This document shows positions 53,411 to 64,000 of a DNA stretch of 64,000 nt, one piece after another; within the stretch, counting starts at the first letter, position 1; each line of letters starts with the position of its first letter. A program made the position numbers and the translations under genes. The stretch is from Mobula hypostoma (lineage: Eukaryota), in the NCBI RefSeq assembly GCF_963921235.1, contig NC_086097.1, positions 232,440,001-232,504,000 on the forward strand, written 5' to 3'. The notes beneath the pieces were generated by a model. That model ran no database searches. It was not told where the DNA came from and saw only the letters and a list, made by a program, of their open reading frames with translations.

Positions 53411-54876
53411 GTTTACTCTTATACCCCTCCTCCCGCCACCCTATCAGGAATAGGGTTCGTCTTGTCCTCACATACCACCCCACCAGCCTTCCCATCTAGC
53501 ACGCAATTCTCTGAAACTTCCTCCATCTCCAATAGGATCCCACCACCAAGCACATCTTTCCCTCCCCCATCTTTCTGTTTTCCACAGGGATCGCTCCCTG
53601 TGCGACACCCTTGTCCATTCGTCCCCCCCATCTCTCCCCACTGCTCTCCCTCCTGGCACTTATCCTTGCAAGTGGAATAAGTGCTACACCTGCCCCTACA
53701 CCTCCTCCCACACTACTGTTCGGGGCCCTAATCAGTCCTTCCAGGTGAGGCACCACTTCACCTGTGAGTCTAGGGTCATAACTGTGTCCAGTGCTCCCGG
53801 TGTGGTCCCCGGATGAGACCCAACATAGACTGGGAGACTGCTTCACCGAGCACCTACACTCCATCCGCCAGAAAAAATGGGATCTCCCAGGGGCCAGCCA
53901 TTTTAATTCCACTTCCCATTCCCATTCCAATATGTCCATCCATGTCCTCTTCCACTGTCGTGATAAGGCCACACTTTGGAGGGAGGAACATCACCTTATC
54001 TTCCGTTTAGGTAGCCTCCAGCCTGATGGCATGAACATTGATTTCTCAAACTTCTGGTAATGCCTCCTATCCCACCCTCTCCTTCATTATTTCCTATCCC
54101 TTTTCCCTCTCTCACCTTATCTCCTTGACCGCCCATCACCTCCCTCAGCTTCTCCCGCACCCTTTCTTTCTTCCATGGTCTTCAGTCTCTTTCACCAATC
54201 ACTCCCAGCTCTTTACTTCATTCCTCCCTCTCCAGGTTTCACCTATCACCTTGTGTTTCTCTCTCCCCTCCCACTACCCTTTAAATCTACTCCTCAGCTT
54301 TTTTCTCCAATCCTGCGCAGGGGTTTCGGCCCAAAACATTGACTATACTCCTTTCCATAGGTGCTGCCTGGCCTGCTGAGTTCCTCCAGCATCTTAGAAA
54401 CATAGAAACATAGAAAATAGGTGCAGGAGTAGGCCATTTGGCCCTTCGAACCTGCACCGCCATTCAGTATGATCATGGCTGATCATCCAACTCAGAACCC
54501 TGTACCGGCCTTCTCTCCATACCCGCTGATCCCTTTAGCCGCAAGGGCCATATCTAACTCCCTCTTAAATATAGCCAATGAACTGGCCTCAACTGTTTCC
54601 TGTGGCAGAGAATTCCACAGATTCACCACTCTCTGTGTGAAGAAATTTTTCCTCATCTCAGTCCTAAAAGGCTTCCCCTTTATCCTTAAACTGTGACTCC
54701 TTGTTCTGGACTTCCCCAACATCAGGAACAATCTTTCTGCATCTAGCCTGTCCAATCCCTTTAGGATTTTAAAAACGCAAACAACAGGAATTCTGCAGAT
54801 GCTGGAAATTCAAGCAACACACATAAAGGTTGCTGGTGAACGCAGCAGGCCAGGCAGCATCTCTAGGAAGAGGTGC

Positions 54877-54912
54877 AGTCGACGTTTCAGGCCGAGACCC
54901 TTCGTCAGGACT
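54877..54912 (-). ncRNA. Minimal type-I hammerhead ribozyme with intact core and GUC cleavage triplet
   Basis: Reverse complement agtc-CTGACGA-agggtctcggcct-GAAAC-GTC-gact. Predicted cut between 54881 and 54880. Confidence 0.85.
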
Positions 54913-55504
54913 AACTGAAGGAAGAGTGAGTAAGGGATTTGAAAGTTGGAGGGGGAGGGGAGATCCACAATGATAGGAGAAGACAGGAGGGGGAGGGATG
55001 GAGCCAAGAGCTGGACAGGTGATAGGCAAAAGGGATACGAGAGGATCATGGGACAGGAGGTCCGGGAAGAAAGACAAGGGGGGGGGGACCCAGAGGATGG
55101 GCAAGGGGTATATTCAGAGGAACAGAGGGAGAAAAAGGAGAGTGAGAGAAAGAATGTGTGTATAAAAATAAGTAACAGATGGGGTACGAGGGGGAGGTAG
55201 GGCATTAGTGGAAGTTAGAGAAATCGATGTTCATGCTATCAGGTTGGAGGCTACCCAATTCTTTCTTTCTCTCACTCTCCTTTTTCTCCCTCTGTCCCTC
55301 TGAATATACCTCTTGCCCATCCTCTGGGTCCCCCCCCCTTGTCTTTCTTCCCGGACCTCCTGTCCCATGATCCTCTCGTATCCCTTTTGCCTATCACCTG
55401 TCCAGCTCTTGGCTCCATCCCTCCCCCTCCTGTCTTCTCCTACCATTTTGGATTTCCCCCTCCCCCTCCAACTTTCAAATCCCTTACTCACTCTTCCTTC
55501 AGTT

Positions 55505-55540
55505 AGTCCTGACGAAGGGTCTCGGCCTGAAACATCGACT
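55505..55540 (+). ncRNA. Minimal hammerhead motif (AUC variant)
   Basis: agtc-CTGACGA-agggtctcggcct-GAAAC-ATC-gact. Confidence 0.75.
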
Positions 55541-57843
55541 GCACCTCTTCCTAGAGATGCTGCCTGGCCTGCTGCATTCACCAGCAACTTTTATGTGTGT
55601 TCCTTTAGGATTTTATATGTTTCAATAAGATCCCCCCTCAATCTTCTAAATTCCAGCGAGTATAACCCTAGTTGATCTAGTCTTTCATCATATGAAAGTC
55701 TTGCCATCCCAGGAATCAATCTGGTGAACCTTATTTGTACTCCCTCTATGGCAAGAATGTCTTTCCTCAGATTAGAGGACCAAAACTGCACACAATACTC
55801 CAGGTGTGGTCTCACCAAGGCCTTGTACAACTGCAGTAGTACCTCCCTGCTCCTGTACTCGAATCGTCTTGCTACGAATGCCAGCATACCATTCACCTTT
55901 TTCACCGCCTGCTGTACCTGCATGCCCACTTTCAATGACTGGTGTATAATGACACGCAGGTCTCGTTGCACCTCCCCTTTTCCTAATCGGCCACCATTCA
56001 GATAATAATCTGTTTTCCTGTTCTTGCCACCAAACTGGATAACCTCACATTTATCCACATTAAATTGCATCTGCCATGAATTTGCCCACTCATCCAACCT
56101 ATCCGAGTCACCCTGCATCCTCTTAGCATCCTCCTCACAGCTAACACTGCCGCCCAGCTTCGTGTCATCCGCAAACTTGGAGATCTTGTGTGTGTTGCTC
56201 GGATTTCTAGCATCTGCAAATTTTCTCTTGTTTTTGAACCTTCTTGGCCAGCTTCCCATGGGGGACTATGTCAAATGCCTTTCTAAAGTCCATGTAGACA
56301 AGATCCATCGCCTTGCACTTTTCTGATAACTTCCTCGAAAAACTCTACAAGATTGGTTAGACAGGACCTACCATGCACGAAGCCATGCTGACTACCTTTA
56401 ATCAGTCCATGTCTATCAAAGTACTTGTATATCTGTTCCCTTAAAATACTTTCCAATAACTTTTTCACAACTGGTGTCAGCCTATAATTTCCTGGTTTAT
56501 GTTTAGCGCCTTTTTTAAACAATGGAGCATTATTGGTTATCCTCCAATACTCTGGTACCTGTCCTGTGGCTAAGGATTTTTTAATATCTCTGCTGGGGCC
56601 CTGGCAATTTCTGCACTTGCCTCCCGTTGGGTCTGATGGAACGCCTTGTCAGATTCATCCACTCTGATTTGCCTCAGGGTCACAATCACCTCCTCCTCTA
56701 TCACCTGTATGGGGTCCATGAAGTTGATACAGCTTTGCCTCACTTCTGTAGACCCTGTGGCTGTCTTCTGAGTAAATACAGATGCAAAGAATTCATTTAA
56801 GATCTCCCCCATCTGTTTTGGCTCCACACATGGATTATCATTCTGGTTTTCCAGAGAACTCATCGTGTTCCTTGCAATCCTTTTGCTGTTAATATATCTG
56901 CAGGTTTCCTTAGGATTCTCCTTCACTCTGTCTACTACAGCAACTTCATGCCTTCTTTTAGCCTTCCTGATTTCCTTCTTAAGTGTTCTCTTGCATTTCT
57001 TGTACTCCGTAAGCACCTCATTTGTTCCTACTTACCTATACCTGCTATGCCTGTTCCTTTTTTCTCTTAACCAGGTCCTCAAAATCTCCTGAAAACCAGT
57101 TCCTTACACTTGTTATCTTTACCTGTATTCTGACAAACAGATACACGCCTTGTACACTCAAAATTTGGTTTTTGAAGGCCTCCCACTTTCCAAGTCCACC
57201 TTTGCCAATAAACAGCCTGTCTCAGTCCACACTTGCCAGATTATTTCTAGTACCATCAAAATTGGTATTTCTCCAATTTAGAATCTCATCCGGTGGACAA
57301 GACCAGACTCTCTGCATATTTACTTTGAAACTAATGGCATTGAGGTCACTGAATGCAAAGTGTTCCCCTACACAAACTCTGCCACCCGCCCTGTCTCATT
57401 CCCTAATAGCAGAGCCAGTATTGCATGCTCTGTCGTTGTGAGCTCTACACATCGATGAAGGAAACTTTAATGAACACATTTGACAAAGTCTCCCCCATCT
57501 TGCCCTCTTACAGTATGGGGCTCCCAGTCAATATGTGGAAAGTTAAAATCACCTACAATAGCAACCTTGTGTTTCTTGCAACAGTCTGTGATCTCTTTGC
57601 AAATTTCTTCCTCTAAATCCAGCAGACTGTTGGGTGGTCTGTAATATAGCCCAAAGATCCAAAAATCTTATGCCATCCCTCCTACACCCACTCCTTAGCC
57701 ATGTGTTAAATTGTATGATCTTCCTAGTTCTGGCCTCACTAGCACATGGCACAGGTAGCAATCCTGAGATCACAACCCTGGAGGTCCTGCCCTTTAACTT
57801 AGCACCTAACTCCCTGAACTCCCTATACAGAACTTCTTCACTT

Positions 57844-58675
57844 ACATAGAAACATAGAAACATAGAAAATAGGTGCAGGAGTAGGCCATTCGGCCCTTCG
57901 AGCCTGCACCACCATTTATTATGATCATGGCTGATCATCCAACTCAGAACCCCGCACCAGCCTTCCCTCCATACCCCCTGACCCCCGTAGCCACAAGGGC
58001 CATATCTAACTCCCTCTTAAGTATAGCCAATGAACTGGCCTCAACAGTTTCCTGTGGCAGAGAATTCCACAGATTCACCACTCTCTGTGTGAAGAAGTTT
58101 TTCCTAATCTCGGTCCTAAAAGGCTTCCCCTCTATCCTCAAACTGTGACCCCTCGTTCTGGACTTCCCCAACATCGGGAACAATCTTCCTGCATCTAGCC
58201 TGTCCAATCCCTTTAGGATCTTATACGTTTCAATCAGATCCCCCCTCAATCTTCTAAATTCCAACGAGTACAAGCCCAGTTCATCCAGTCTTTCATCATA
58301 TGAAAGTCCTGCCATCCCAGGAATCAATCTGGTGAACCTTCTTTGTACTCCCTCTAAGGCAAGGATGTCTTTCCTCAGATTAGGGGACCAAAAGTGCACA
58401 CAATACTCCAGGTGTGGTCTCACCAAGGCCTTGTACAACTGGAGTAGTACCTCCCTGCTCCTGTACTCGAATCCTCTCGCTATAAATGCCAGCATACCAT
58501 TCGCTTTTTTCACCGCCTGCTGTACCTGCATGCCCACTTTCAATGACTGGTGTATAATGACACCCAGGTCTCGTTGCACCTCCCCTTTTCCTAATCGGCC
58601 ACCATTCAGATAATAATCTGTTTTCCTATTTTTGCCACCAAAGTGGATAACTTCACATTTATCCACATTAAATTG
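57844..58675 (-). mobile_element. Young CR1 3' portion with uninterrupted frame
   Basis: ORF 57944-58696; (TTTCTATG)n tail; TSD cactt at 57839-57843 and 58676-58680. Confidence 0.93.
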
Positions 58676-59751
58676 CACTTGTCCTGTCTGTGTCATTGGT
58701 ACCTACATGGACCACGACCTCTGGCTGTTCACCTTCCCAAGTTAATAATGCCGAGAGCTCAATCCGAGATATCCTGGACCCTGGCACCCGGGAGACAACA
58801 TTCTATCTGGGAATCTTGTTCTCACCCACAGAACCTCCTGGCAATTCCCGTAACTTTACAAATCCCCTATGACCACAGCATGCCTCTTCTCCCCGTTTTC
58901 CCTTCTGAGTCACAGAGTCAAACTCAGTGCCCGAGACCTGAACACCGTGTTCATCCTCCTCTGTTGGGTCTTCCCCCTCCCGCCCTCTGACAGCATCCAA
59001 AGTGATATACCTGTTGCTGAGGGGGGTGGCAATAGGGGTAGTCTGCACTGGCTCCTTAATGCAGGGTCTCGATCCAAAATGTCGACCAAGCCTCTGCCTC
59101 CACAGATACCGCTTGACCCAGAGGTGTTCCAGCAGTTTATTTTATGCTCTGGATTCCAGCATCTACAGTCACTTTTGTCTCCTTGTCAGTGTCTGAGTGG
59201 TAAATTTGCATGTGTTTATGTTAGCTAGTTGAACTCATGGTAATAATCAATCAGCTCCAAATTACAGCCTAATGTCAGACTTTCAAACAGGCATGTATTA
59301 TTGTCATAGCAGCACAGAGTGCCAATTTTCAGCCTCCCACTAGATTAACTCCCTTCGTTTCACTGTCTCCCCCTGAGGTTTCAGGCACTCAGTAAAAAGA
59401 ATTGTAGTTCATTTTGTTTTGCTGCTGTTCATATTTCTGTTTCAAAGATTTGAAGTACATTTATTATCAAAGTATGTATACAGTACACAACCCCGAGATT
59501 CATCTTCCCACAGACAGCCACGAAACAAACACACACCATGGAACCTGTTCAGAGAAAACATCAAACACCCAATGCACCAAAAAAAAATTGAGCAAACAGC
59601 AAAAACCAAACAAAAAGCACACAGAAAATAAAACATCAGACCATAGAGTCCTTGAAACAGAGTAGGAATGTTCATTTATTTCAGTTCAGTTCAATTCAGC
59701 GCTGTGTCATTTTTTGGTTACAGGCCACAGAGCCACTTAATTCTATTAACT

Positions 59752-60078
59752 ATTTATGTTGAAAATAGTTACGAGAGGGCATGACTTAAGGATTGAAGGG
59801 CACCCATTCAGAACAGAAATGCGAAGAAATTTTTTTAGCCAGAGGGTGGTGAATCTGTGGAATTTTTTGCCATGGGCGACAGTGGAGGCCAAGTCATTGG
59901 GTGTATTTAAGGCAAAGATTGATAGGTATCTGAGTAGCCAGGGCATCAAAAGTTATGGTGAGAAGGCGGGGGAGTGGGACTAAATGGGAGAATGGATCAG
60001 CTCATGATAAAATAGCGGAGCAGACTCGATGGGCCGAATGGCCGACTCCTGCTCCTTTGTCTTATGGTCTTATGGTCT
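59752..60078 (+). mobile_element. CR1 3' fragment
   Basis: TRGHDLRIEG...FFSQRVVNLWN; (TCTTATGG)n tail. Confidence 0.88.
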
Positions 60079-60586
60079 AAAATTACAAATAAATCACCTC
60101 ATCATCACTATGGAAACAGCAATGCCCATGAACAGAAAGGTCTACAAAAAGTCCCTCACAGAAAAATCTCTCCCCACCGTTGAGCATATCTACAAGGTGC
60201 ATCCCACAAGGAAACATCAAGGACCTCCACCATCCACGCCATTCTCTCTTCTCAGTCCTGGTACAGGAGCCTTAGCTCCCATGCCACCAGGTTCAGGAAC
60301 AGTTATTACCCTTCAACATCGGGCTCCTGAACCAGAGTGAATAACTTCACTCACCTCAACTCTGAACCAACTCCACAACCCATGGACTCAATTTCAAGGA
60401 CTCTACAACCCATTTTCTCAGTATTATTATTATTTGTTTTCCTTTTTGTGTTTGTACATTGGTTGGTTGTCCATCTTTGTTTGTCCGTTGCCTTTCATTG
60501 ATCCTTTTGTGTTGCTTTGTATTGACTGTGAATGCCTGGAAGAAAATGAATCTCAGGGTAGTATATCTGACATGTACGTCATTTGG

Positions 60587-61194
60587 AGAAGATGGAGAAC
60601 ATGGAGAAGATGGCGGCGTGATGCAGCTCGCAGCGGCCACTCCGGTGGTGATGTCTGTTATCTGTCAAGTAGGGTGCCGTGCACAATCCTGATTTGATGG
60701 AGACGGACGTGAGAGCACGGAGGAACATCTGGTGAAACTTCTGAAATGCCTGCTTCGCTGCTGCTGCTACTGTGTGGTCCGAAATCTCTGGAGGGGAAGG
60801 CCCCAAGTCCTTGGCTTTGCCTGTTACTCGGCGGCCGGGGCAGGGTCAAAGCGCTCGGCAGAGATGGTGCTCCAATGGCGCTGCATTGGCAAGTTTGCAG
60901 CGCTGGAGGTTCATCGCAGGGAGAGTTTCTCCCTTCTACCGTCTGCTTAAGATGATGAGGCTATCGGAACTTCGAGACTTTTTTTTACTGGGCCCATGCT
61001 CTGCTCTTATCAAATTACGGTATTGCTTAGCACTGTTGTAACTATATGTTATAATTATGTAGTTTTGTCAGTTTTAGTCTTGGTTTGTCCTGTGTTTTCC
61101 TGATATCGTTCTGGAGGAATGTTATATCATTTTTTAATGCATGCATTTCTAAATGACAATAAACGAGGACTGAGTGTCTTCATAATCTAATCTA
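60587..61194 (+). mobile_element. Non-autonomous retroelement nested in a Rex-type 3' end (~60080-61225)
   Basis: GC-rich head aagatggcggcg, AATAAA, (AATCT)n tail, TSD atttgg at 60581-60586 and 61195-61200. Confidence 0.65.
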
Positions 61195-61569
61195 ATTTGG
61201 TAATAAAATTTATTTGATCTTTGAACCTTAAGCTCATCATTCCTTCATGGATAGGATAGGTTTTGAGGGAACTGAGCCAAAAGCAGGCCAATGGGACTGG
61301 CTTCGATAGTCATCTAGGTTGGCATGGGCCAGGTGGGTCAAAAAGCCAGTCTCCATGCTGTATTATTCTATGGCTTTGCATAATCCTATTCAGTTTAAAA
61401 ACTTTTATTTTCTTTTAAAGCAAGGAGCCACAGTACATGAGGACTAACTTTAAATGATGCCTGGGAGGGTTCATGCACAGTAATTGAGTTTGGTGTGAGG
61501 TATCACTGGAGGGCGGGTAGTGGGGCAGTGGATGCTGTTGTTTCTGTTTTTGAGGTGAGTGACACCTGC

Positions 61570-62290
61570 CATCTATGTCCATGATCTGGATGAGAATGTA
61601 AAGGCATGAGTAGCAAGTTTTCAGATGGTATGGTGGACAATGAAGGAGGTTTTCAAGATCATCTGGGTAAGTGGGCCGAGGAATGGCAAATGCAGATAAG
61701 TGTGAAGTTTTACATTTGGAACGTCAAATCCAGAAAGGACTTTCACAGTCAATGGGAGGACTTTGGGATGTGCTGTAGAACAATGGGAGCTGAGAGTTCA
61801 TGTACGTGGTTCACTGAAAATAGAGCCATAGGCAGACAGGGTGGCATACAAGACTTTTGCCACAATGGCCTCAACAGTCAGGACATTAAGTATAAAAGAT
61901 AAGCATGGTACAGTTATACTGGATGCTGGTGGGGCTACCTTTGGAGTACTGTGTTCAATTTTGATTGCCCTGCTGTATGAAAGATATAATTAAACTGGAA
62001 AAATGAAGAAAAATTTCCAAGAATGCTGCTAGATCTTGAGGGACTGTTTATAGGAAGAGCTTGGATAGGCTAGGATTCCTTTCCTTGGAGTATAGGCGAT
62101 GGAGAGTGATCATCTAGAGGTATATAAAATCACGAGGGCCATGGATCGGATGAGTAGACACAGTCTTTTTTTTCCTAGAGTAGGGAAATCAAGAACTAGA
62201 GGCCATAGTTTTCACATGAGAGCGGAAAGATTTAAGAGGAGCTTGAGGGGCATTTTTTTTTTAAAAACACAAAGGGTGGTATCTATGTAG
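61570..62290 (+). mobile_element. Highly degenerate CR1 fragment
   Basis: LGKWAEEWQMQ, KSRTRGHS, TQRVV. Confidence 0.7.
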
Positions 62291-62299
62291 AATCAACAA

Positions 62300-62810
62300 T
62301 CTACGTCAGGTCTCACTGATATACAGGAGGAAACATTTGGAGCACTGGATACAGTGGATGACCACAATGGACTCACAGGTGAAGTGTCACCTCACCTGGA
62401 AGGACTGCTTGGGGCCCTGAATGGTAGTGAGGGGGGAGGTGTAGGGGCAGGTGTAGCGCTTGTTCCGCTTGCAAGGTTAAGTGCCAGGATGGAGATCAGT
62501 GGGGAGAGACGGATGGACAAGAGAGTCACATAGGGAGCGAACCCTGTGGAAAGCAGAAAGTTGGGGGGGGGTGGAGGGAACCCATTGGAGATGGCGGAGG
62601 TTATGGAGAATTATGTGCTGGATGCGGAGGCTGCTGGGGTGGTAGGTGCAGACAAGAGGAACCCTATCCTTGGTAGGAGAGCACTATGATGGGGTGAGGG
62701 CGGGAGGATGGGCTGAGTGTAGACGTGACAAAATGGAAGATATGCGGCTGATGGCAGCATCGATGGTGGAGGAAGGGAAGCTCTTTCTTTGAACAACAAG
62801 GACACCTCCA
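62300..62810 (-). mobile_element. Penelope-like internal fragment
   Basis: Homologous to 37560-37810 and 52460-52770 (cacaggtgaagtgtcacctcacctggaaggact). Confidence 0.75.
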
Positions 62811-62914
62811 TCAGTTTTATCCCTGCCAATACTTCTGACCTTGGATCATCTCTCCAACCAACCCCTAACTTCCTGATCAAGTCACCAAATGTCACCTCAG
62901 TCATATCTCTTCTT

Positions 62915-63460
62915 GAAGATTTCTACAAGTATACCGTGGAGAGCATTCTAACTGGCTGCATCACTGTCTGGTATGGGGGTGGGGGAGGTGGGGCTACTGC
63001 ATGAGATTGAAATAAGTTGCAGAACTTTGTAAAATTAGTCAGCTCCATCACAGGTACCAGCCTTCGTAGTATCCAAGACATCTTCAAGGAGTGGTGCCTT
63101 AGGAAGGCAGCGTCCATCGTTAAGGAACCCCACCTCCCAGGACATTTCCTCTTCACGCTGTTACTGTCGGGAAGGAGGTACAGAAGCCTGAAGGCACACA
63201 CTTAGTAATTCAGGAACAGCTTCTTCCCCTCTGCCATCCGATTCCTAAATGGACTTGAACCCATGAACACTACCTCACTACTTTTTTATTTCTATTATTT
63301 TTGCGCTACTTTTATTAATTTAACTATTTAATAGACATATATACTTACCGTAGCTCAGTTTTTTTCTCTATATTTATTTATCATGTATTTCATTGTACTA
63401 CTGCTGTAAAGTTAACAAATTTCCCAACATATGCCAGTGATATTAAATCTGATTCTGATC
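62915..63460 (+). mobile_element. Rex1/Babar-type 3' fragment
   Basis: TVESILTGCITVWYG, KAASIVKEPHLPGHFLFTLLLSGRRYRS; attctg tail. Confidence 0.8.
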
Positions 63461-64000
63461 CCCATAATCCCCAGTCCTGTTTCATTCCACTGATTTTCTC
63501 CTTGGAAGTCTCCTGTGCTCATGTAATGTGCAAGGGTTGTCCTACTCTACACAGTGCTTTGGGTGTTCTGAGGATGGATAATTACTGTTGGTATGTGTAT
63601 GTTAGCATAGAGGCGAGCACAAAAACTTTGCAGTGCCAACTGAAAGATTTGAGTTCAATTCCTGGCACAGTTCTTAAGGAATTTGCATGTTCACCTGTGA
63701 CTGTGTAGGTTTCCTTTGGGTGCTCCAATTTCCTCCCACATGCCAAAGACATTAGGATTAATGCTATGTTTGCGGTGGAAGTGTGGTGATACTTGTGGGC
63801 TATCCAGAACAATCCTCACTGATTTTATGCAAATGGTGCATTTCATTGCATGTTTCGATGCACATATAGCAACTAAAGCTAATCTTTCCTTATTATCTTT
63901 AGACTCACAGAACACTGATACTGACAGCCCACAGCTCCTGCTCCAACCACCCCACCCCCAGGCAGATAACTTCAACACCCTTCTCAGTTACATGACAGTT

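Larger units (their letters stand above)
54772..55601. mobile_element. Young palindromic Penelope-derived insertion with 14-bp TSD
   Basis: Near-identical inverted arms joined near 55258. TSD cctttaggatttta at 54758-54771 and 55602-55615. Confidence 0.93.
54396..56182 (-). mobile_element. Young CR1 3' portion split by Penelope palindrome
   Basis: KFADDTKLGG...LVRPHLEYC; (TTTCTATG)n tail; TSD atctt at 54391-54395 and 56183-56187. Confidence 0.92.
51758..56232 (+). mobile_element. Penelope-like element (segments 51758-51870, ~53411-54395, 56183-56232)
   Basis: ETQHRLGDCFTEHL...EEHHLIFRLGSLQPDGMNIDFSNF*; its 3' repeat is split by CR1. Confidence 0.8.
51214..59050 (-). mobile_element. Old CR1 (segments 51214-51757, 56235-57843, 58676-59050) hosting nested insertions
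   Basis: KFADDTKIGG, QHGFVHGRSCLTNL and ORF1 esterase remnant SRVVISGLLPVP...NTWL. Segments are collinear across the insertions. Confidence 0.8.

Noticed and set aside
53033..55675. Pro/Ser/Leu-rich ORFs ending SPDEGSRPETST
   Set aside because: They are translations of the pyrimidine-rich Penelope 3'UTR and ribozyme; the conservation is at RNA level.
39200..64000. A second host gene downstream of RBBP8
   Set aside because: No recognisable exon was found outside repeats; short or non-coding exons cannot be excluded.

Overview
Repeat-rich vertebrate genomic DNA. The CR1, Penelope, Rex1/Babar and V-SINE mix suggests a cartilaginous fish such as a ray (inference). Bases ~1-39,100 hold the 3' two-thirds of RBBP8 (CtIP) on the + strand: 13 coding exons join in frame through GT-AG introns (1,808 nt, ~600 codons) and end at TAG 38700-38702. 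They keep the SPVF (BRCA1), KEN, PLDLS (CtBP), CxxC, RHR/FRY, TP and TQ motifs. The introns and the downstream ~25 kb are packed with often nested retroelements (CR1, Rex1/Babar, L1, L2, RTE, SINEs) and Tc1/mariner/pogo relics. The most notable non-genic system is a Penelope-like (GIY-YIG) retroelement family. Its 3' repeat carries a minimal type-I hammerhead ribozyme (AGUC-CUGANGA-stem II-GAAAC-GUC^GACU). At least six insertions are asymmetric palindromes with both 3' ends facing outward, and two of them have 14-bp target-site duplications. Repeat boundaries are approximate. Family names come from recalled motifs, not from database searches.
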